A stretch of 63,555 bases of DNA, counting the filler. It is 6 parts of 6 records of this genome, joined end to end, with 100 filler letters (N's around TTAATTAATTAA, not from the genome) between each part and the next. Parts side by side here need not be neighbours in the genome. Positions count along the whole stretch, not along the records: positions 8,483 to 21,747 come from SRR31156797_27382; 5 more parts are not named here. One strand, 5' to 3'. The notes below the pieces were generated by a model. That model was not told the origin of the DNA, ran no database searches, and saw only the letters and a program-made list of their open reading frames with translations. The translations under genes were made by a program, and so were the position numbers. Positions 10,127-20,752 of the stretch are shown here, in pieces (within the stretch, counting starts at the first letter, position 1; each line of letters starts with the position of its first letter).

Positions 10127-10399
10127 CCGGTACTTCTCGTTGAGTGTAAAGGAAGGAGATTCCTTTAAAAACTGACATTGTTGTAATAGTAATCGGCAGT
10201 ATAACCGTAAAATATTTGAAGGGAAGTAAGGAAACCTATGTCGTTCTGGGTACGGCAGAATGTTGGATTTATCGAACAAATTCTACAACCCTACTTGCTT
10301 CATCTTACTCCTACATATTTAGCGGTTTAATTCGCTGCCAAAGGTCTCTACAATGTCGACCTGTATATCATCCGATTTCACTTTCCATTGAGAACCTGC

Positions 10400-12235
10400 A
10401 TGACCGCCACGTTAGCTGCTGAACAATCTGACTCATCTTTGACAGCGAAAGGCGTCCTGCGCGACGTTTTTGGTTATCAGTCATTTCGTGAAGGCCAGCA
10501 AGAGGTTATTGATACTGCAATTGAAGGCAATGATAGCTTAGTCATTATGCCTACAGGTGGTGGTAAATCGCTCTGTTACCAAATACCGGCACTGGTGCGT
10601 TCCGGCGTTACGGTAGTCATCTCTCCGCTTATCTCCTTGATGAAAGATCAGGTCGACCAACTCAAAGCGAACGGCGTAGCAGCTGAGTGTGTTAACTCAA
10701 CACAAACACGTGAAGAGCTCATCGGTATTTATAACCGAATGCATACTGGTCAGGTTAGGTTGATTTACGTTTCTCCTGAGCGAGTACTTACTAACGAGTT
10801 TGTCGAGCGTTTACATAATATCCAACTCTCAATGATTGCTGTGGATGAGGCGCACTGTATCTCTCAATGGGGACATGATTTTCGTCCAGAATATGCATTA
10901 CTTGGCCAGCTAAAGCAGCAGTTTCCTCATGTGCCAATTATGGCGCTGACTGCTACCGCCGATGATGCAACACGCCGTGATATTCAAAGTCGCTTACAGT
11001 TAACAGAGCCACATATCTATCTCGGTAGTTTTGACCGCCCGAACATTCGCTATACCTTAGTTGAGAAGCATAAGCCTGTTTCTCAAGTCATTCGTTATTT
11101 GGGAACTCAAAAAGGTCAGTGTGGCATTATCTATTGTGGCAGTCGTAAAAAAGTAGAAATGCTGACTGAGAAGCTGTGCAATAACCACATTCGAGCTGCA
11201 AGCTACCACGCCGGACTAGACGTTGATGAACGAGCTTATGTACAGGAAGCTTTTCAGCGTGATGATATTCAGATAGTCGTGGCAACGGTCGCTTTCGGCA
11301 TGGGAATCAACAAGCCAAACGTGCGCTTTGTTGTCCACTTTGATATCCCAAGAAATATCGAATCTTACTATCAGGAAACCGGGCGAGCTGGTCGAGATGG
11401 CTTACCTGCCGAAGCGATGATGCTTTATGACCCAGCCGATATTTCCTGGTTACGCCGAATGCTGGACGAGAAAGATGAAGGTCCACAGAAGCAGGTTGAA
11501 AGCCACAAACTCAACGCAATGACGCATTTCGCTGAAGCGCAAACCTGTCGTCGTCAGGTGCTGCTGAATTATTTTGGTGAGTATCGCGAAAAGCCTTGTG
11601 GCAACTGCGATATTTGCCTTGATCCACCCAAGCACTTTGATGCAACAGAAGAAGCACGCAAGGCGCTCTCTTGTGTATATCGAATTAACCAGAATTTTGG
11701 TATCGGTTATGCGGTAGAAGTACTGCGTGGTATGCAAAATGTGCGTGTGCGTGAAAATGGCCACGATAAAATTTCAACCTATGGTCTTGGCCGTGACCAC
11801 AGCCATGATTACTGGGTTAGTATCTTCCGCCAGTTGATTCATAAAGGGTTGCTGTTCCAGAACATTACCCGTAACTCGACCCTGCAGCTGACTGAAGAGG
11901 CGCGTCCGCTTTTGCGTGGTGATGTGAGTTTAGAGCTGGCCGTTCCGCGTTTGGATACGGCAGCAAGAGCGTCTAAATCCGATAAGTTATCCAGCAAAAA
12001 CTACGATAAGAAGCTATTTGCGAAATTGCGTAAGCTTCGTAAGTCGATTGCGGATGAAGATGGACTGCCGCCTTACGTGGTATTTAGTGATGCCACCTTG
12101 ATCGATATGGCGGAGATTTTGCCGACATCTTACGGTGAAATGTTGGCAGTGAACGGGGTTGGTCAGCGTAAGTTAGAAAAGTATGCAGACCCGTTCTTAG
12201 ATTTAATTCAGGAGCATTTAACTCATCATGGCTGA
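10400..12235 (+). CDS. recQ: ATP-dependent DNA helicase RecQ
   Basis: MPTGGGKS, DEAHCISQWGHDFRP, QETGRAGRDG, Zn-binding Cys residues, RQC and HRDC domains. Confidence 0.98.
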   Translation: MTATLAAEQSDSSLTAKGVLRDVFGYQSFREGQQEVIDTAIEGNDSLVIMPTGGGKSLCYQIPALVRSGVTVVISPLISLMKDQVDQLKANGVAAECVNSTQTREELIGIYNRMHTGQVRLIYVSPERVLTNEFVERLHNIQLSMIAVDEAHCISQWGHDFRPEYALLGQLKQQFPHVPIMALTATADDATRRDIQSRLQLTEPHIYLGSFDRPNIRYTLVEKHKPVSQVIRYLGTQKGQCGIIYCGSRKKVEMLTEKLCNNHIRAASYHAGLDVDERAYVQEAFQRDDIQIVVATVAFGMGINKPNVRFVVHFDIPRNIESYYQETGRAGRDGLPAEAMMLYDPADISWLRRMLDEKDEGPQKQVESHKLNAMTHFAEAQTCRRQVLLNYFGEYREKPCGNCDICLDPPKHFDATEEARKALSCVYRINQNFGIGYAVEVLRGMQNVRVRENGHDKISTYGLGRDHSHDYWVSIFRQLIHKGLLFQNITRNSTLQLTEEARPLLRGDVSLELAVPRLDTAARASKSDKLSSKNYDKKLFAKLRKLRKSIADEDGLPPYVVFSDATLIDMAEILPTSYGEMLAVNGVGQRKLEKYADPFLDLIQEHLTHHG

Positions 12236-12530
12236 GTTCGGTTTAAAGGAATATTTTGCACAAGAAGGCCGCTTGATTATTCAGACTCAAGAGTTTGATT
12301 TTGATAGCTTCCCAGAGTTAGGTGAGCGTTTACTTACTTTGCTTTCTGCTACAGCTGTCGAGAAGCAGCAAGACGCGGATCTACACTCATGGCTGATTGA
12401 TTTCGAAGGTTGTCGCTTGATGCTAAGAGCTGAACATTACAGCGAGTGTGTTTGGCTGGAAGCGATGGGTGAAGGGCTAGCACGAGAAGAGCTTGAGTTT
12501 ATTGCGAGTTTGCTCGCCCGCGGGATTTAA
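12228..12530 (+). CDS. Conserved small protein (DUF3630-like)
   Basis: Overlaps the recQ stop; DADLHSWLIDFEG and LRAEHYSECVWLE pattern. Confidence 0.75.
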   Translation: MAEFGLKEYFAQEGRLIIQTQEFDFDSFPELGERLLTLLSATAVEKQQDADLHSWLIDFEGCRLMLRAEHYSECVWLEAMGEGLAREELEFIASLLARGI

Positions 12531-12535
12531 ACAAT

Positions 12536-12572
12536 AAAAAGGCGGATGTGATTGAACAAATCCGCCTTTTTT
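12536..12572. terminator. Bidirectional intrinsic terminator
   Basis: AAAAAGGCGGAT-loop-ATCCGCCTTTTT between convergent genes. Confidence 0.8.
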
Positions 12573-12578
12573 AGTGAA

Positions 12579-14408
12579 TTACTCTTCGCCGATGAATCCA
12601 CCGGTTTGGTGTGCCCAAAGTTGAGCATAAACACCGTTTTGAGCGATCAGTTCCTGATGAGAACCTTGCTCTATGATTTCACCCTGATCCATTACAATTA
12701 AACGGTCCATAGCCGCAATCGTTGATAGACGGTGGGCAATGGCAATAACGGTTTTGCCTTCCATCAGTACTTCTAAGTTTTCCTGAATCGCAGATTCAAC
12801 TTCAGAGTCCAGAGCAGACGTCGCTTCATCCATAATCAGGATTGGCGCGTTTTTCAGTAGGACACGAGCAATGGCAATACGCTGACGCTGACCACCTGAC
12901 AGTTTCACACCACGTTCACCGACTTCTACATCGTAACCGACTCGCCCTTGTTCATCTTTCAAGTCGATAATGAAATCATGCGCGTGAGCCTGCTTTGCTG
13001 CCTGAACTAACGCCTCTTCACCAGCATCTGGATCGCCGTAAAGAATGTTCTCACGGATTGAACGGTGCAGCAGTGAAGTGTCTTGGGTGATCATCCCAAT
13101 CTGATGACGTAGAGATTCCTGAGTAACCGTAGAAATATCTTGTCCATCGATACGAATCGTACCGGACTGAACATCGTAGAATCTTAGTAACAGGTTAACC
13201 AAGCTCGATTTACCCGCGCCAGAACGGCCGACAATACCGATTTTCTCACCCGGCTTTAGGTCTAAGTCTAGTGAGCTGAAAACGGGCTTCTCTTCACTGT
13301 AGAAGAAATTGACTTTATCGAATTCAATTTGGCCCTGAGTCACGGTTAGCTCTTTAGCGTTCGGCACATCTTTGATTTCAACATCGTTGGAGATGGTGTT
13401 CATGCCATCGACAACGGTACCAATATTTTCAAACAGGCCACTCACTTCCCACATGATCCATTTCGACATGCCCTGAACACGCAGAGCGATGCTGATCGCA
13501 ACAGCAATTACCCCGACGGTGACGCCACCATCCAGCCATAAAGTGATGGATAACGCTGCGATTGAGAACAGCAGGACATAGTTGATGAAATCCACGCTCA
13601 GCAACAGACAGGTTGCCATACGCATCTGTTTGTAAACGGTTTTCAGGAACTGTTTCATACTGCTTTCAGCATACGCAACTTCACGTTGTGAGTGAGAAAA
13701 CAGTTTTACTGTGGTGATATTGGTGTAGCTGTCGACAATACGGCCGGTCATCACTGAACGTGCATCGGCCTGTTCAGTCGCAACACTTTTCATTTTTGGA
13801 ATGAAATAGAACTGGATGATGATGTAACTGACCAGCCAGATCAGAATGGGTAGCATCAGAATCAAATCAGATTCACCCACCATCCAGATCATGGATACGA
13901 AGTAAACCGAAATATAAACCAGTACATCGACCAATTTCATTACGGTTTCACGTATCGCCAGCGCACTCTGCATCACTTTAGTGGCTACGCGGCCAGAGAA
14001 GTCTTTTTGGAAGAAACCGACACTCTGTTTCAGCATGTAGCGGTGCACTTGCCAGCGAATCGACATCGGATAATTGCCAAGTAGCGTTTGGTGCATGATG
14101 TTGGAGTGAATAAAGGCAAGCAGAGGCATAACCACGATAACTAGTAATGCCATAGTCCAAAGACGACTTCCTTGGTCAGCCCAGAACGTATCTGGATTTT
14201 GGCTGCTTAAGATATCGACCAGCTCACCCATATAGCGTAGTAGTGTTACTTCAGCCACTGCAACACAGGCGCTGAGCATTGACATGATAAGTAATGGTTT
14301 TTCAAAACCACGCGTGTAGTGACGGCAAAAAGCGAACAGCGTTGTTGGCGGTTTTTGCGGCTCTTCATTAGGAAAAGCTTGTGTAAGTCTTTCAAACCAT
14401 TGGAACAT
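12579..14408 (-). CDS. ABC exporter, fused permease and ATPase
   Basis: N-terminal TM domain, Walker A GRSGAGKS, LSGGQRQR, DEATSALD. Confidence 0.95.
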   Translation of the reverse strand: MFQWFERLTQAFPNEEPQKPPTTLFAFCRHYTRGFEKPLLIMSMLSACVAVAEVTLLRYMGELVDILSSQNPDTFWADQGSRLWTMALLVIVVMPLLAFIHSNIMHQTLLGNYPMSIRWQVHRYMLKQSVGFFQKDFSGRVATKVMQSALAIRETVMKLVDVLVYISVYFVSMIWMVGESDLILMLPILIWLVSYIIIQFYFIPKMKSVATEQADARSVMTGRIVDSYTNITTVKLFSHSQREVAYAESSMKQFLKTVYKQMRMATCLLLSVDFINYVLLFSIAALSITLWLDGGVTVGVIAVAISIALRVQGMSKWIMWEVSGLFENIGTVVDGMNTISNDVEIKDVPNAKELTVTQGQIEFDKVNFFYSEEKPVFSSLDLDLKPGEKIGIVGRSGAGKSSLVNLLLRFYDVQSGTIRIDGQDISTVTQESLRHQIGMITQDTSLLHRSIRENILYGDPDAGEEALVQAAKQAHAHDFIIDLKDEQGRVGYDVEVGERGVKLSGGQRQRIAIARVLLKNAPILIMDEATSALDSEVESAIQENLEVLMEGKTVIAIAHRLSTIAAMDRLIVMDQGEIIEQGSHQELIAQNGVYAQLWAHQTGGFIGEE

Positions 14409-14496
14409 GTAAAATTTGACCTAAGTTAATAAAATTGAGATTCGTTCGCATTTTCACTTCCAATTGTGACCTTTATCAGTAAAATGCCGTACGCAT

Positions 14497-14521
14497 AATA
14501 ATGATAATGACAATAGTTCTC
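14497..14521 (+). promoter_or_regulatory. Fur box
   Basis: GATAATGACAATAGTTCTC (14503-14521) matches GATAATGATAATCATTATC at 15/19 and lies upstream of a siderophore receptor. A weaker site, AATTGAGATTCGTTCGCATT, is near 14433-14452. Confidence 0.8.
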
Positions 14522-14546
14522 AAATTTTTTAGCAGAGGTTCACATC

Positions 14547-16673
14547 ATGGAAAATACGCGCCTAACTTGGCTCGGACTCTCTATTCGCAATGCACTTCGC
14601 CTGAGCTTGGTACCGCTTACACTTGTTCTTAGTCACAATGCATTTGCTGAAGAAGCACAACAGAATTCTGAAACGGTAGAGACAATCGTCGTTACCGCTT
14701 CTGCGCTAAAGGTAGATACGCCAGCGCAGGAAACGCCACAATCGATTTCTGTAATCAATCAAGATGATATACAGCAGAAAAATGTTCAAAAACTAGATGA
14801 AGCATTTCGTTATACCAGTGGTGTCGCTTCTCAGGTTTACGGCTCTGACAACAACTCAGAGTGGTTCCGCGTTCGTGGTTTTGAAGCTACAAGATATCTA
14901 GACGGTAACCGTTTATATAAAGATGGCTATTATGCTTGGGTTGTTGAACCTTTTGGTATGGAACAGTTAGAGCTGTTGAAGGGACCTTCTTCAATCCAGT
15001 TTGGTGAGTCTTACCCAGGTGGTGTAGTTAATGCGGTTCAGAAAAAACCAACAGACTCGCCACAAGGTTCATTTAGTGCGTCTGTAGGCAACTTAGATCA
15101 ACGTCAGTTTAGTTTAGATGTCTCTGACTGGGCGAATGAAGACGGTTCTCAACGTTACCGCTTAGTGGCCACCTACAAAGGTGAAGATGGTGTTTTAGAT
15201 TACACCGAAAATGAACGTTTATATATTGCACCTAGCTATACTATTGATTTTTCAGATGCAACGTCTTTAACCTTATTAGCTAGTTTCCTTAAGGATGATG
15301 GAATTCCTACAGGTGGTTTTTTCCCAGCGTATGGAACCTATTTTGATACACCACAAGGTAAAATTGATCCGTCAACTAACCATGGTGACCCAAGCTATGA
15401 AACAAATGAAGTTACTCAGATTTCCTTAGGCTATTTGCTTGAGCACCAAATAGATGATACTTGGGCATTTAATCAAAACTTTAATTATGGGTATCATGAT
15501 CTTAAGTTGATTAGCAGCACCTATGGTTGGAGTGCAAATCTGAACACTTCGTTTGATAATTTATCTCGCGATATTGTTTACGATGAAGGTGATGTTCAAA
15601 GTATTACCTTTGATAATAAGTTTGCCGCGAAATTTGATACTTCAAATGTAAACCATACTTTGGTTCTAGGTGCGGATGCTCAATATTTTCACAACAAATA
15701 TAAATCTCTACCTTGGCCCGCAGGGTCTGGTGCAATGGCACTCGATGATGCGTTTAACCCAAGCTATGGCGGTGGTTCACCAGATTTAAGTTCTGCGACT
15801 GAAAATAAACGACAAAAATCTCAGTTAGGTCTATACGCTCAATATCAAGCTGAACTGTTCTATAAACTTATCGCGAATGTTGGTGCTCGTTTCGACTACG
15901 TGGATTTTGAGAATACGGCCGCATCTACTCAAACATCAGGAAATGTTGATAACACTACCTTGAATGCTGGTTTGATGTATTTGTCTGATGCAGGATTCTC
16001 TCCTTACATTAGTTATTCTGAAGCATTTGAAGTGCTGACTTCTATCGATTCGTCAACAGGAGAAGTTTATAAGCCTCAGAAGGGTAAACAATTTGAGGCG
16101 GGCGTTAAATATACTCCATCTTTCTTTGATGGATATATCAACCTAGCATGGTTCGATTTAACTCAAGAAAATGCCTTAACTTCAGTAGGTAGTTACTCTG
16201 TTCAAAACTCTGATACAGAAGAAGTAGTGTCTCAAGGTATTGAACTAGAGTCTGTTATTCAAGCGACCGAAGCTTTGAGAATCAGCGCTACTTACACTTA
16301 CACAGATGCGAAAGAAGTGTCTAAGACTAAAGGTGATATTGATGCAATTCTTATTCCTGAGAAACAAGCATCTCTATGGGTTGATTATAATGTCGCTTCG
16401 TTGAACTTACCTGATTTGACGGTTGGTTCTGGTGTGAGATATGTCGGCGAATCTATCGGGTATCAATCGTGGGCAAACTACGATGCACCATATCAAGTTG
16501 ATAGCTACACATTAGTCGATATGATGGCCCGCTATGACATTAATAAACAATGGCAAGCTCAAGTTAACGTAAGCAATGCTTTGGACAAAGAGTACTTAGC
16601 TTCATGTAACTCTGGCTACTGCTATTACGGCGATACTCAACGTATTACCGCAACAGTTAACTACAACTGGTAA
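14547..16673 (+). CDS. fhuA: TonB-dependent siderophore (ferrichrome-type) receptor
   Basis: Signal peptide, TonB box ETIVVTA, plug motifs ETPQSISVI and ELLKGPSS, C-terminal aromatic residue (YNW). Confidence 0.9.
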   Translation: MENTRLTWLGLSIRNALRLSLVPLTLVLSHNAFAEEAQQNSETVETIVVTASALKVDTPAQETPQSISVINQDDIQQKNVQKLDEAFRYTSGVASQVYGSDNNSEWFRVRGFEATRYLDGNRLYKDGYYAWVVEPFGMEQLELLKGPSSIQFGESYPGGVVNAVQKKPTDSPQGSFSASVGNLDQRQFSLDVSDWANEDGSQRYRLVATYKGEDGVLDYTENERLYIAPSYTIDFSDATSLTLLASFLKDDGIPTGGFFPAYGTYFDTPQGKIDPSTNHGDPSYETNEVTQISLGYLLEHQIDDTWAFNQNFNYGYHDLKLISSTYGWSANLNTSFDNLSRDIVYDEGDVQSITFDNKFAAKFDTSNVNHTLVLGADAQYFHNKYKSLPWPAGSGAMALDDAFNPSYGGGSPDLSSATENKRQKSQLGLYAQYQAELFYKLIANVGARFDYVDFENTAASTQTSGNVDNTTLNAGLMYLSDAGFSPYISYSEAFEVLTSIDSSTGEVYKPQKGKQFEAGVKYTPSFFDGYINLAWFDLTQENALTSVGSYSVQNSDTEEVVSQGIELESVIQATEALRISATYTYTDAKEVSKTKGDIDAILIPEKQASLWVDYNVASLNLPDLTVGSGVRYVGESIGYQSWANYDAPYQVDSYTLVDMMARYDINKQWQAQVNVSNALDKEYLASCNSGYCYYGDTQRITATVNYNW

Positions 16674-16680
16674 ACCTTTC

Positions 16681-16713
16681 AAACTCACTCCTTTCTGAGG
16701 AGTGAGTTTTTTT
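16681..16713 (+). terminator. Terminator-like hairpin after the receptor gene
   Basis: AAACTCACTCCT-TTCTG-AGGAGTGAGTTT followed by a T-run. Confidence 0.75.
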
Positions 16714-16769
16714 GCTTTTTATTTCTTCCCGCGCTTTGCGGGAATTGTCGTTTCTTTAAGGGTAGGAAA

Positions 16770-17555
16770 ATGTATCACTTATCGGGTGTTGAAATGGTGC
16801 GAGGTGGGCGAACCATCTTATCTGTGGATTCGCTGAACATACCAACCGATGAACTTACTGTTGTACTTGGCCACAATGGTTCGGGTAAATCGACATTGGT
16901 GAGTTTGTTGTCTGGTCAGCAGGCACCTGATAATGGTGTGGTTGAACTAAACGGTAAATCAATTTCCACTCTTGCAGCCAAACAACTGGCAAAAGAAGTC
17001 GCTTTTTTACCTCAGAAGTTACCCACTTCGGCAGGTTTAACGGTTCGTGAGTTAGTGCGATTAGGGCGCTTTCCATGGCGAGGGGCGCTTGGTCGTTGGA
17101 AATCTGATGATGAACAGATCATTGATCTAGCGATTGAGAAGACGGGTGTGACTGCGTTTGCGAATACTCTGGCGGATGAACTTTCTGGTGGTGAACGCCA
17201 GCGTGCATGGGTTGCCATGCTATTAGCACAACAGTCACCCGTTCTAATTCTTGATGAACCGACTTCAGCGCTGGATGTTCATCATCAGTATCAATTAATG
17301 GCATTGCTTGCTGAGCTTAATCAAAATCAGGGTTGTGGAATTATCGTTATTCTTCATGACCTTAATTTAGCATTACGCTATGCGACACACATAGTGGCTT
17401 TGAAGCAAGGGCGTATTGCTTTTGAAGGCGCGGCTGAGTTACTACTCGATGAACAACGGTTGTCAGAGCTGTACCACTCTCCAATACAACTGATTAATCA
17501 CCCAAATCCTTCTCCTGAATCTAAGACTAATAAGGTGGCGATTGTATGTTCTTAA
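16770..17555 (+). CDS. fhuC: Fe-hydroxamate ABC transporter ATPase
   Basis: GHNGSGKS, LSGGERQRAWVAM, DEPTSALD. Confidence 0.92.
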   Translation: MYHLSGVEMVRGGRTILSVDSLNIPTDELTVVLGHNGSGKSTLVSLLSGQQAPDNGVVELNGKSISTLAAKQLAKEVAFLPQKLPTSAGLTVRELVRLGRFPWRGALGRWKSDDEQIIDLAIEKTGVTAFANTLADELSGGERQRAWVAMLLAQQSPVLILDEPTSALDVHHQYQLMALLAELNQNQGCGIIVILHDLNLALRYATHIVALKQGRIAFEGAAELLLDEQRLSELYHSPIQLINHPNPSPESKTNKVAIVCS

Positions 17556-18478
17556 GCAGCTTTGGTAATCCATTTCGTAGCATTTTACTGGTACTAACTT
17601 TACTGGCGGGCTTACCTGTTTCAGCAAGTATTACGATTCAGGATAGCCGTGGAGAACAAGTCTTTTCTGAAGCTCCTCAAAGAGTTGTGGTACTGAATTG
17701 GGATCTGTTGGAACAAGTCATTGAGCTGGGTATAACACCGGTAGGTGCGCCAAATTTACCCTCATATTCTGAGTGGGTTGTTCAACCTGCAGTACCAGAA
17801 GGGGTAGAAGATATCGGTACTCGCGCAGAACCGAACTTTGACAAAATTGCGGCGTTAAATCCTGATGTCATTATCGTCGCTTCTCCGCAGAAAGATTTGA
17901 TTCCAGCTTTAGAACGTATCGCTCCTGTGATTTACCTATCGAATTTTGAGCAACAAAATCAGGCTGCAGAAGTCGCCATAGAACAATTTAAAACACTGGC
18001 GACGTTATTTGAAAAGGAAGAGCTTGCTGAGAAAAAACTGCAAGCGATGGAAGCGCGTTTTAAAGAGCTCAAAGGTAAGTTACAAGCTGCATTTGGCGAA
18101 CAACTACCAGAGGTTGTCACTCTCCGCTTCGCAAGCACAACCGCTGTTTATCTGTATGGTGAGAACTCTGGAACTCAATATGTTCAGGACCAACTCGGCC
18201 TAAAAGCGGCTTTACCACAGCCCGCGGCACAATGGGGCATTATTCAAAAACGTCTTAATGAACTGCAAAACGTCAAAGATGGTTACGTGCTTTATATTCG
18301 TCCTTTCCCTCACGAAGATAAATTGAATAAATCCATGCTATGGAAAGCGATGCCATTTGTACGAAAGGGGCATGTGAACTCGGTTCGTTCGGTATGGAGC
18401 TATGGTGGCGCGATGTCACTGCTGTACACGGCGGAAGCTGTCACCGATGCTTTGCTCGAAGTTGCTCCTAAGTCATGA
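17546..18478 (+). CDS. fhuD: Fe-siderophore periplasmic binding protein
   Basis: PQRVVVLNW, DIGTRAEPN and VWSYGG motifs. Confidence 0.9.
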   Translation: MFLSSFGNPFRSILLVLTLLAGLPVSASITIQDSRGEQVFSEAPQRVVVLNWDLLEQVIELGITPVGAPNLPSYSEWVVQPAVPEGVEDIGTRAEPNFDKIAALNPDVIIVASPQKDLIPALERIAPVIYLSNFEQQNQAAEVAIEQFKTLATLFEKEELAEKKLQAMEARFKELKGKLQAAFGEQLPEVVTLRFASTTAVYLYGENSGTQYVQDQLGLKAALPQPAAQWGIIQKRLNELQNVKDGYVLYIRPFPHEDKLNKSMLWKAMPFVRKGHVNSVRSVWSYGGAMSLLYTAEAVTDALLEVAPKS

Positions 18479-20445
18479 AATTAGGTCACTATAGTTTCTT
18501 ACTGTTTGGCGTTTTCATTGCTGCCATTTGCAGTCTACAAATCGGCAATGAGTTAACGCTGACGACGCAGTGGAACCTTGCAACGCTGCATATTGAGGCT
18601 GAAGAATTTGCCGATTTCAATTTCTTCTATGCACAACTACCAAGAGCGATAATTACGATTGTCGTTGGCGCTATGCTTGGGCTGGTGGGTAGCTTAATGC
18701 AGCAGCTCACGCAGAACACGTTAACGTCACCACTTACTTTGGGTACGTCTTCAGGTGCTTGGTTGGCGCTTATTGTTGTCAATATCTGGTTCCCGGATTG
18801 GATTGCAGATTACAGCGCGTTGGCGGCGATGCTGGGTGCTTTACTCGCATTTGGTTTGATTGTGTTGATCACCGGTGCTTCAAACATGACGGGTCTGCCT
18901 TTGGTCGTTTCCGGTATGGTGGTGAACATTCTGCTTGGTTCGATTGCGACTGCGATTATTCTGCTCAATGAGCAGTTTGCCCAGAATGTCTTTATGTGGG
19001 GTGCGGGTGACTTAGCGCAGAATGGTTGGGAGTGGCTGGAATGGTTGCTGCCGCGCTTGGTTATCTCTATTCCTCTATTAATTATTGCGCCTCGAATTCT
19101 GACTTTGATGCGTTTAGGTCATCAAGGTGCGGTTGCTCGCGGATTAGCAGTAATCCCTGCTTTTCTATTACTGATGGTTGTTGGCATTTGGTTGGTGTCG
19201 GCTTCAATTACAGCGGTTGGTGTGATTGGATTTATTGGCTTGTTAACACCCAATATTGCCCGCTCTTTAGGCGCCAGAACGCCTAAGATGGAGCTCTATT
19301 CGAGCATGTTGCTTGGAGCCTTATTACTGCTTTGTACTGACATGCTCGCAATGTCTTTGAGTCTGTGGTTTGAAGCGGTGGTGCCAAGTGGTATCACAAC
19401 GGCAGCGATTGGTGCTCCAGCGCTCATTTGGTTCAGCCGCCGCCAGCTAAAAGCTCAGGATACCTTGGCGATCAGTTTGCCTCATCACAGAGCAACCGTA
19501 AGCGTCAAAAGTGTCGCTGCATTACTTAGCGCATTTGTAATAGCCGTTGCTTTACATTCTCTCGTGCAATTGAACGATGTGAACTGGTCGTGGGCAATAC
19601 CAAGTGAATACCAGTGGCAACTGCGCTGGCCTCGAGCTTTGACAGCTCTATTTGCAGGCGTCGGTTTAGCAATAGCCGGTACGATTTTGCAGCGTTTGAT
19701 ATATAACCCATTAGCAAGTCCTGACATTCTTGGTGTTTCATCAGGTGCAACTTTCGCGTTGGTTTTTTCGAGTTTGTTTCTAGGGCAATCAATGCTGGCT
19801 ACACACTGGCTAACTGCGTTATTAGGTAGTGTGACGGTTTTGATTGTTTTACTCATGCTGGGTAAACGACATCAGTATGCGCCGTCCAGTTTAATCCTGA
19901 CGGGTATTGCCATAACCGCTCTGCTGGAAGCTTTGGTTCAATTCTGTTTATCCCGAGGCACTGCTGATAGTTACCAAATTTTGCTTTGGCTAGCGGGTTC
20001 TACCTATCGGGTTTCTGCTGAGCAAGCGGTCTATCTGGCGGCGGGCGTCATCGGCTTATCGATATTCGCTTTAATGACTTCCCGATGGTTGACGCTTATT
20101 TCTATCGGGCGAAGCTTTGCAGGAGCTCGAGGATTGAGCCCGCAAACAGCGAGCTTAGTTCTACTGATTGTTGTTGCTCTGTTATGTGCTTTGGTGACGG
20201 CAACGATGGGGCCAGTCTCGTTTGTAGGTCTGATCGCGCCGCATATGGCAATGATGTTAGGTGCACAAAAAGCCAAACAGCAATTGCTGGTGGCGGCTTT
20301 AGTGGGTGGCACTCTAATGCTGTGGGCTGACTGGCTTGGTCAGGCCATTCTGTATCCGATGCAGATAGCCGCCGGAACGATAGTGGCGATTCTAGGCGGA
20401 ACTTACTTTTTATTGTTGCTGGTGTTTAGTCGAACCAATAAGTGA
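18475..20445 (+). CDS. fhuB: Fe-hydroxamate ABC permease (duplicated FecCD domains)
   Basis: 656 aa with two permease halves (NTLTSPLTLGTSSGA and NPLASPDILGVSSGA). Confidence 0.93.
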   Translation: MKLGHYSFLLFGVFIAAICSLQIGNELTLTTQWNLATLHIEAEEFADFNFFYAQLPRAIITIVVGAMLGLVGSLMQQLTQNTLTSPLTLGTSSGAWLALIVVNIWFPDWIADYSALAAMLGALLAFGLIVLITGASNMTGLPLVVSGMVVNILLGSIATAIILLNEQFAQNVFMWGAGDLAQNGWEWLEWLLPRLVISIPLLIIAPRILTLMRLGHQGAVARGLAVIPAFLLLMVVGIWLVSASITAVGVIGFIGLLTPNIARSLGARTPKMELYSSMLLGALLLLCTDMLAMSLSLWFEAVVPSGITTAAIGAPALIWFSRRQLKAQDTLAISLPHHRATVSVKSVAALLSAFVIAVALHSLVQLNDVNWSWAIPSEYQWQLRWPRALTALFAGVGLAIAGTILQRLIYNPLASPDILGVSSGATFALVFSSLFLGQSMLATHWLTALLGSVTVLIVLLMLGKRHQYAPSSLILTGIAITALLEALVQFCLSRGTADSYQILLWLAGSTYRVSAEQAVYLAAGVIGLSIFALMTSRWLTLISIGRSFAGARGLSPQTASLVLLIVVALLCALVTATMGPVSFVGLIAPHMAMMLGAQKAKQQLLVAALVGGTLMLWADWLGQAILYPMQIAAGTIVAILGGTYFLLLLVFSRTNK

Positions 20446-20473
20446 AAAGAGCCCTTGCGGGCTCTTACTCTTA

Positions 20474-20740
20474 TCACATCATATGTTTACGGCGAATATC
20501 GAGCAGAGCGAAAATACCGAATATCAGGATTGACCATTTTTCCCAGCTTGTCGTTTTTACTTTGTCACCGAACGCTCCGACAAATATCAGCATTTGCAGT
20601 CCGTGCATCATGAATAGGAAAGCGGTCATAATATAAAGCGCGATAGCGGCTTTGCCCGGGAAAGGCATCACGATGTTAAGCAGTAAAACCAGCCAGACAA
20701 AGGCGATGGATGCTTTCGCTAGAATTAGTAGAATCTTCAT
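20474..20740 (-). CDS. Small membrane protein (YhhL/DUF1145-like)
   Basis: 88 aa hydrophobic protein directly downstream of rsmD; MHGLQ and IFGIFAL motifs. Confidence 0.8.
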   Translation of the reverse strand: MKILLILAKASIAFVWLVLLLNIVMPFPGKAAIALYIMTAFLFMMHGLQMLIFVGAFGDKVKTTSWEKWSILIFGIFALLDIRRKHMM

Positions 20741-20752
20741 TCAGTTGTCCTT

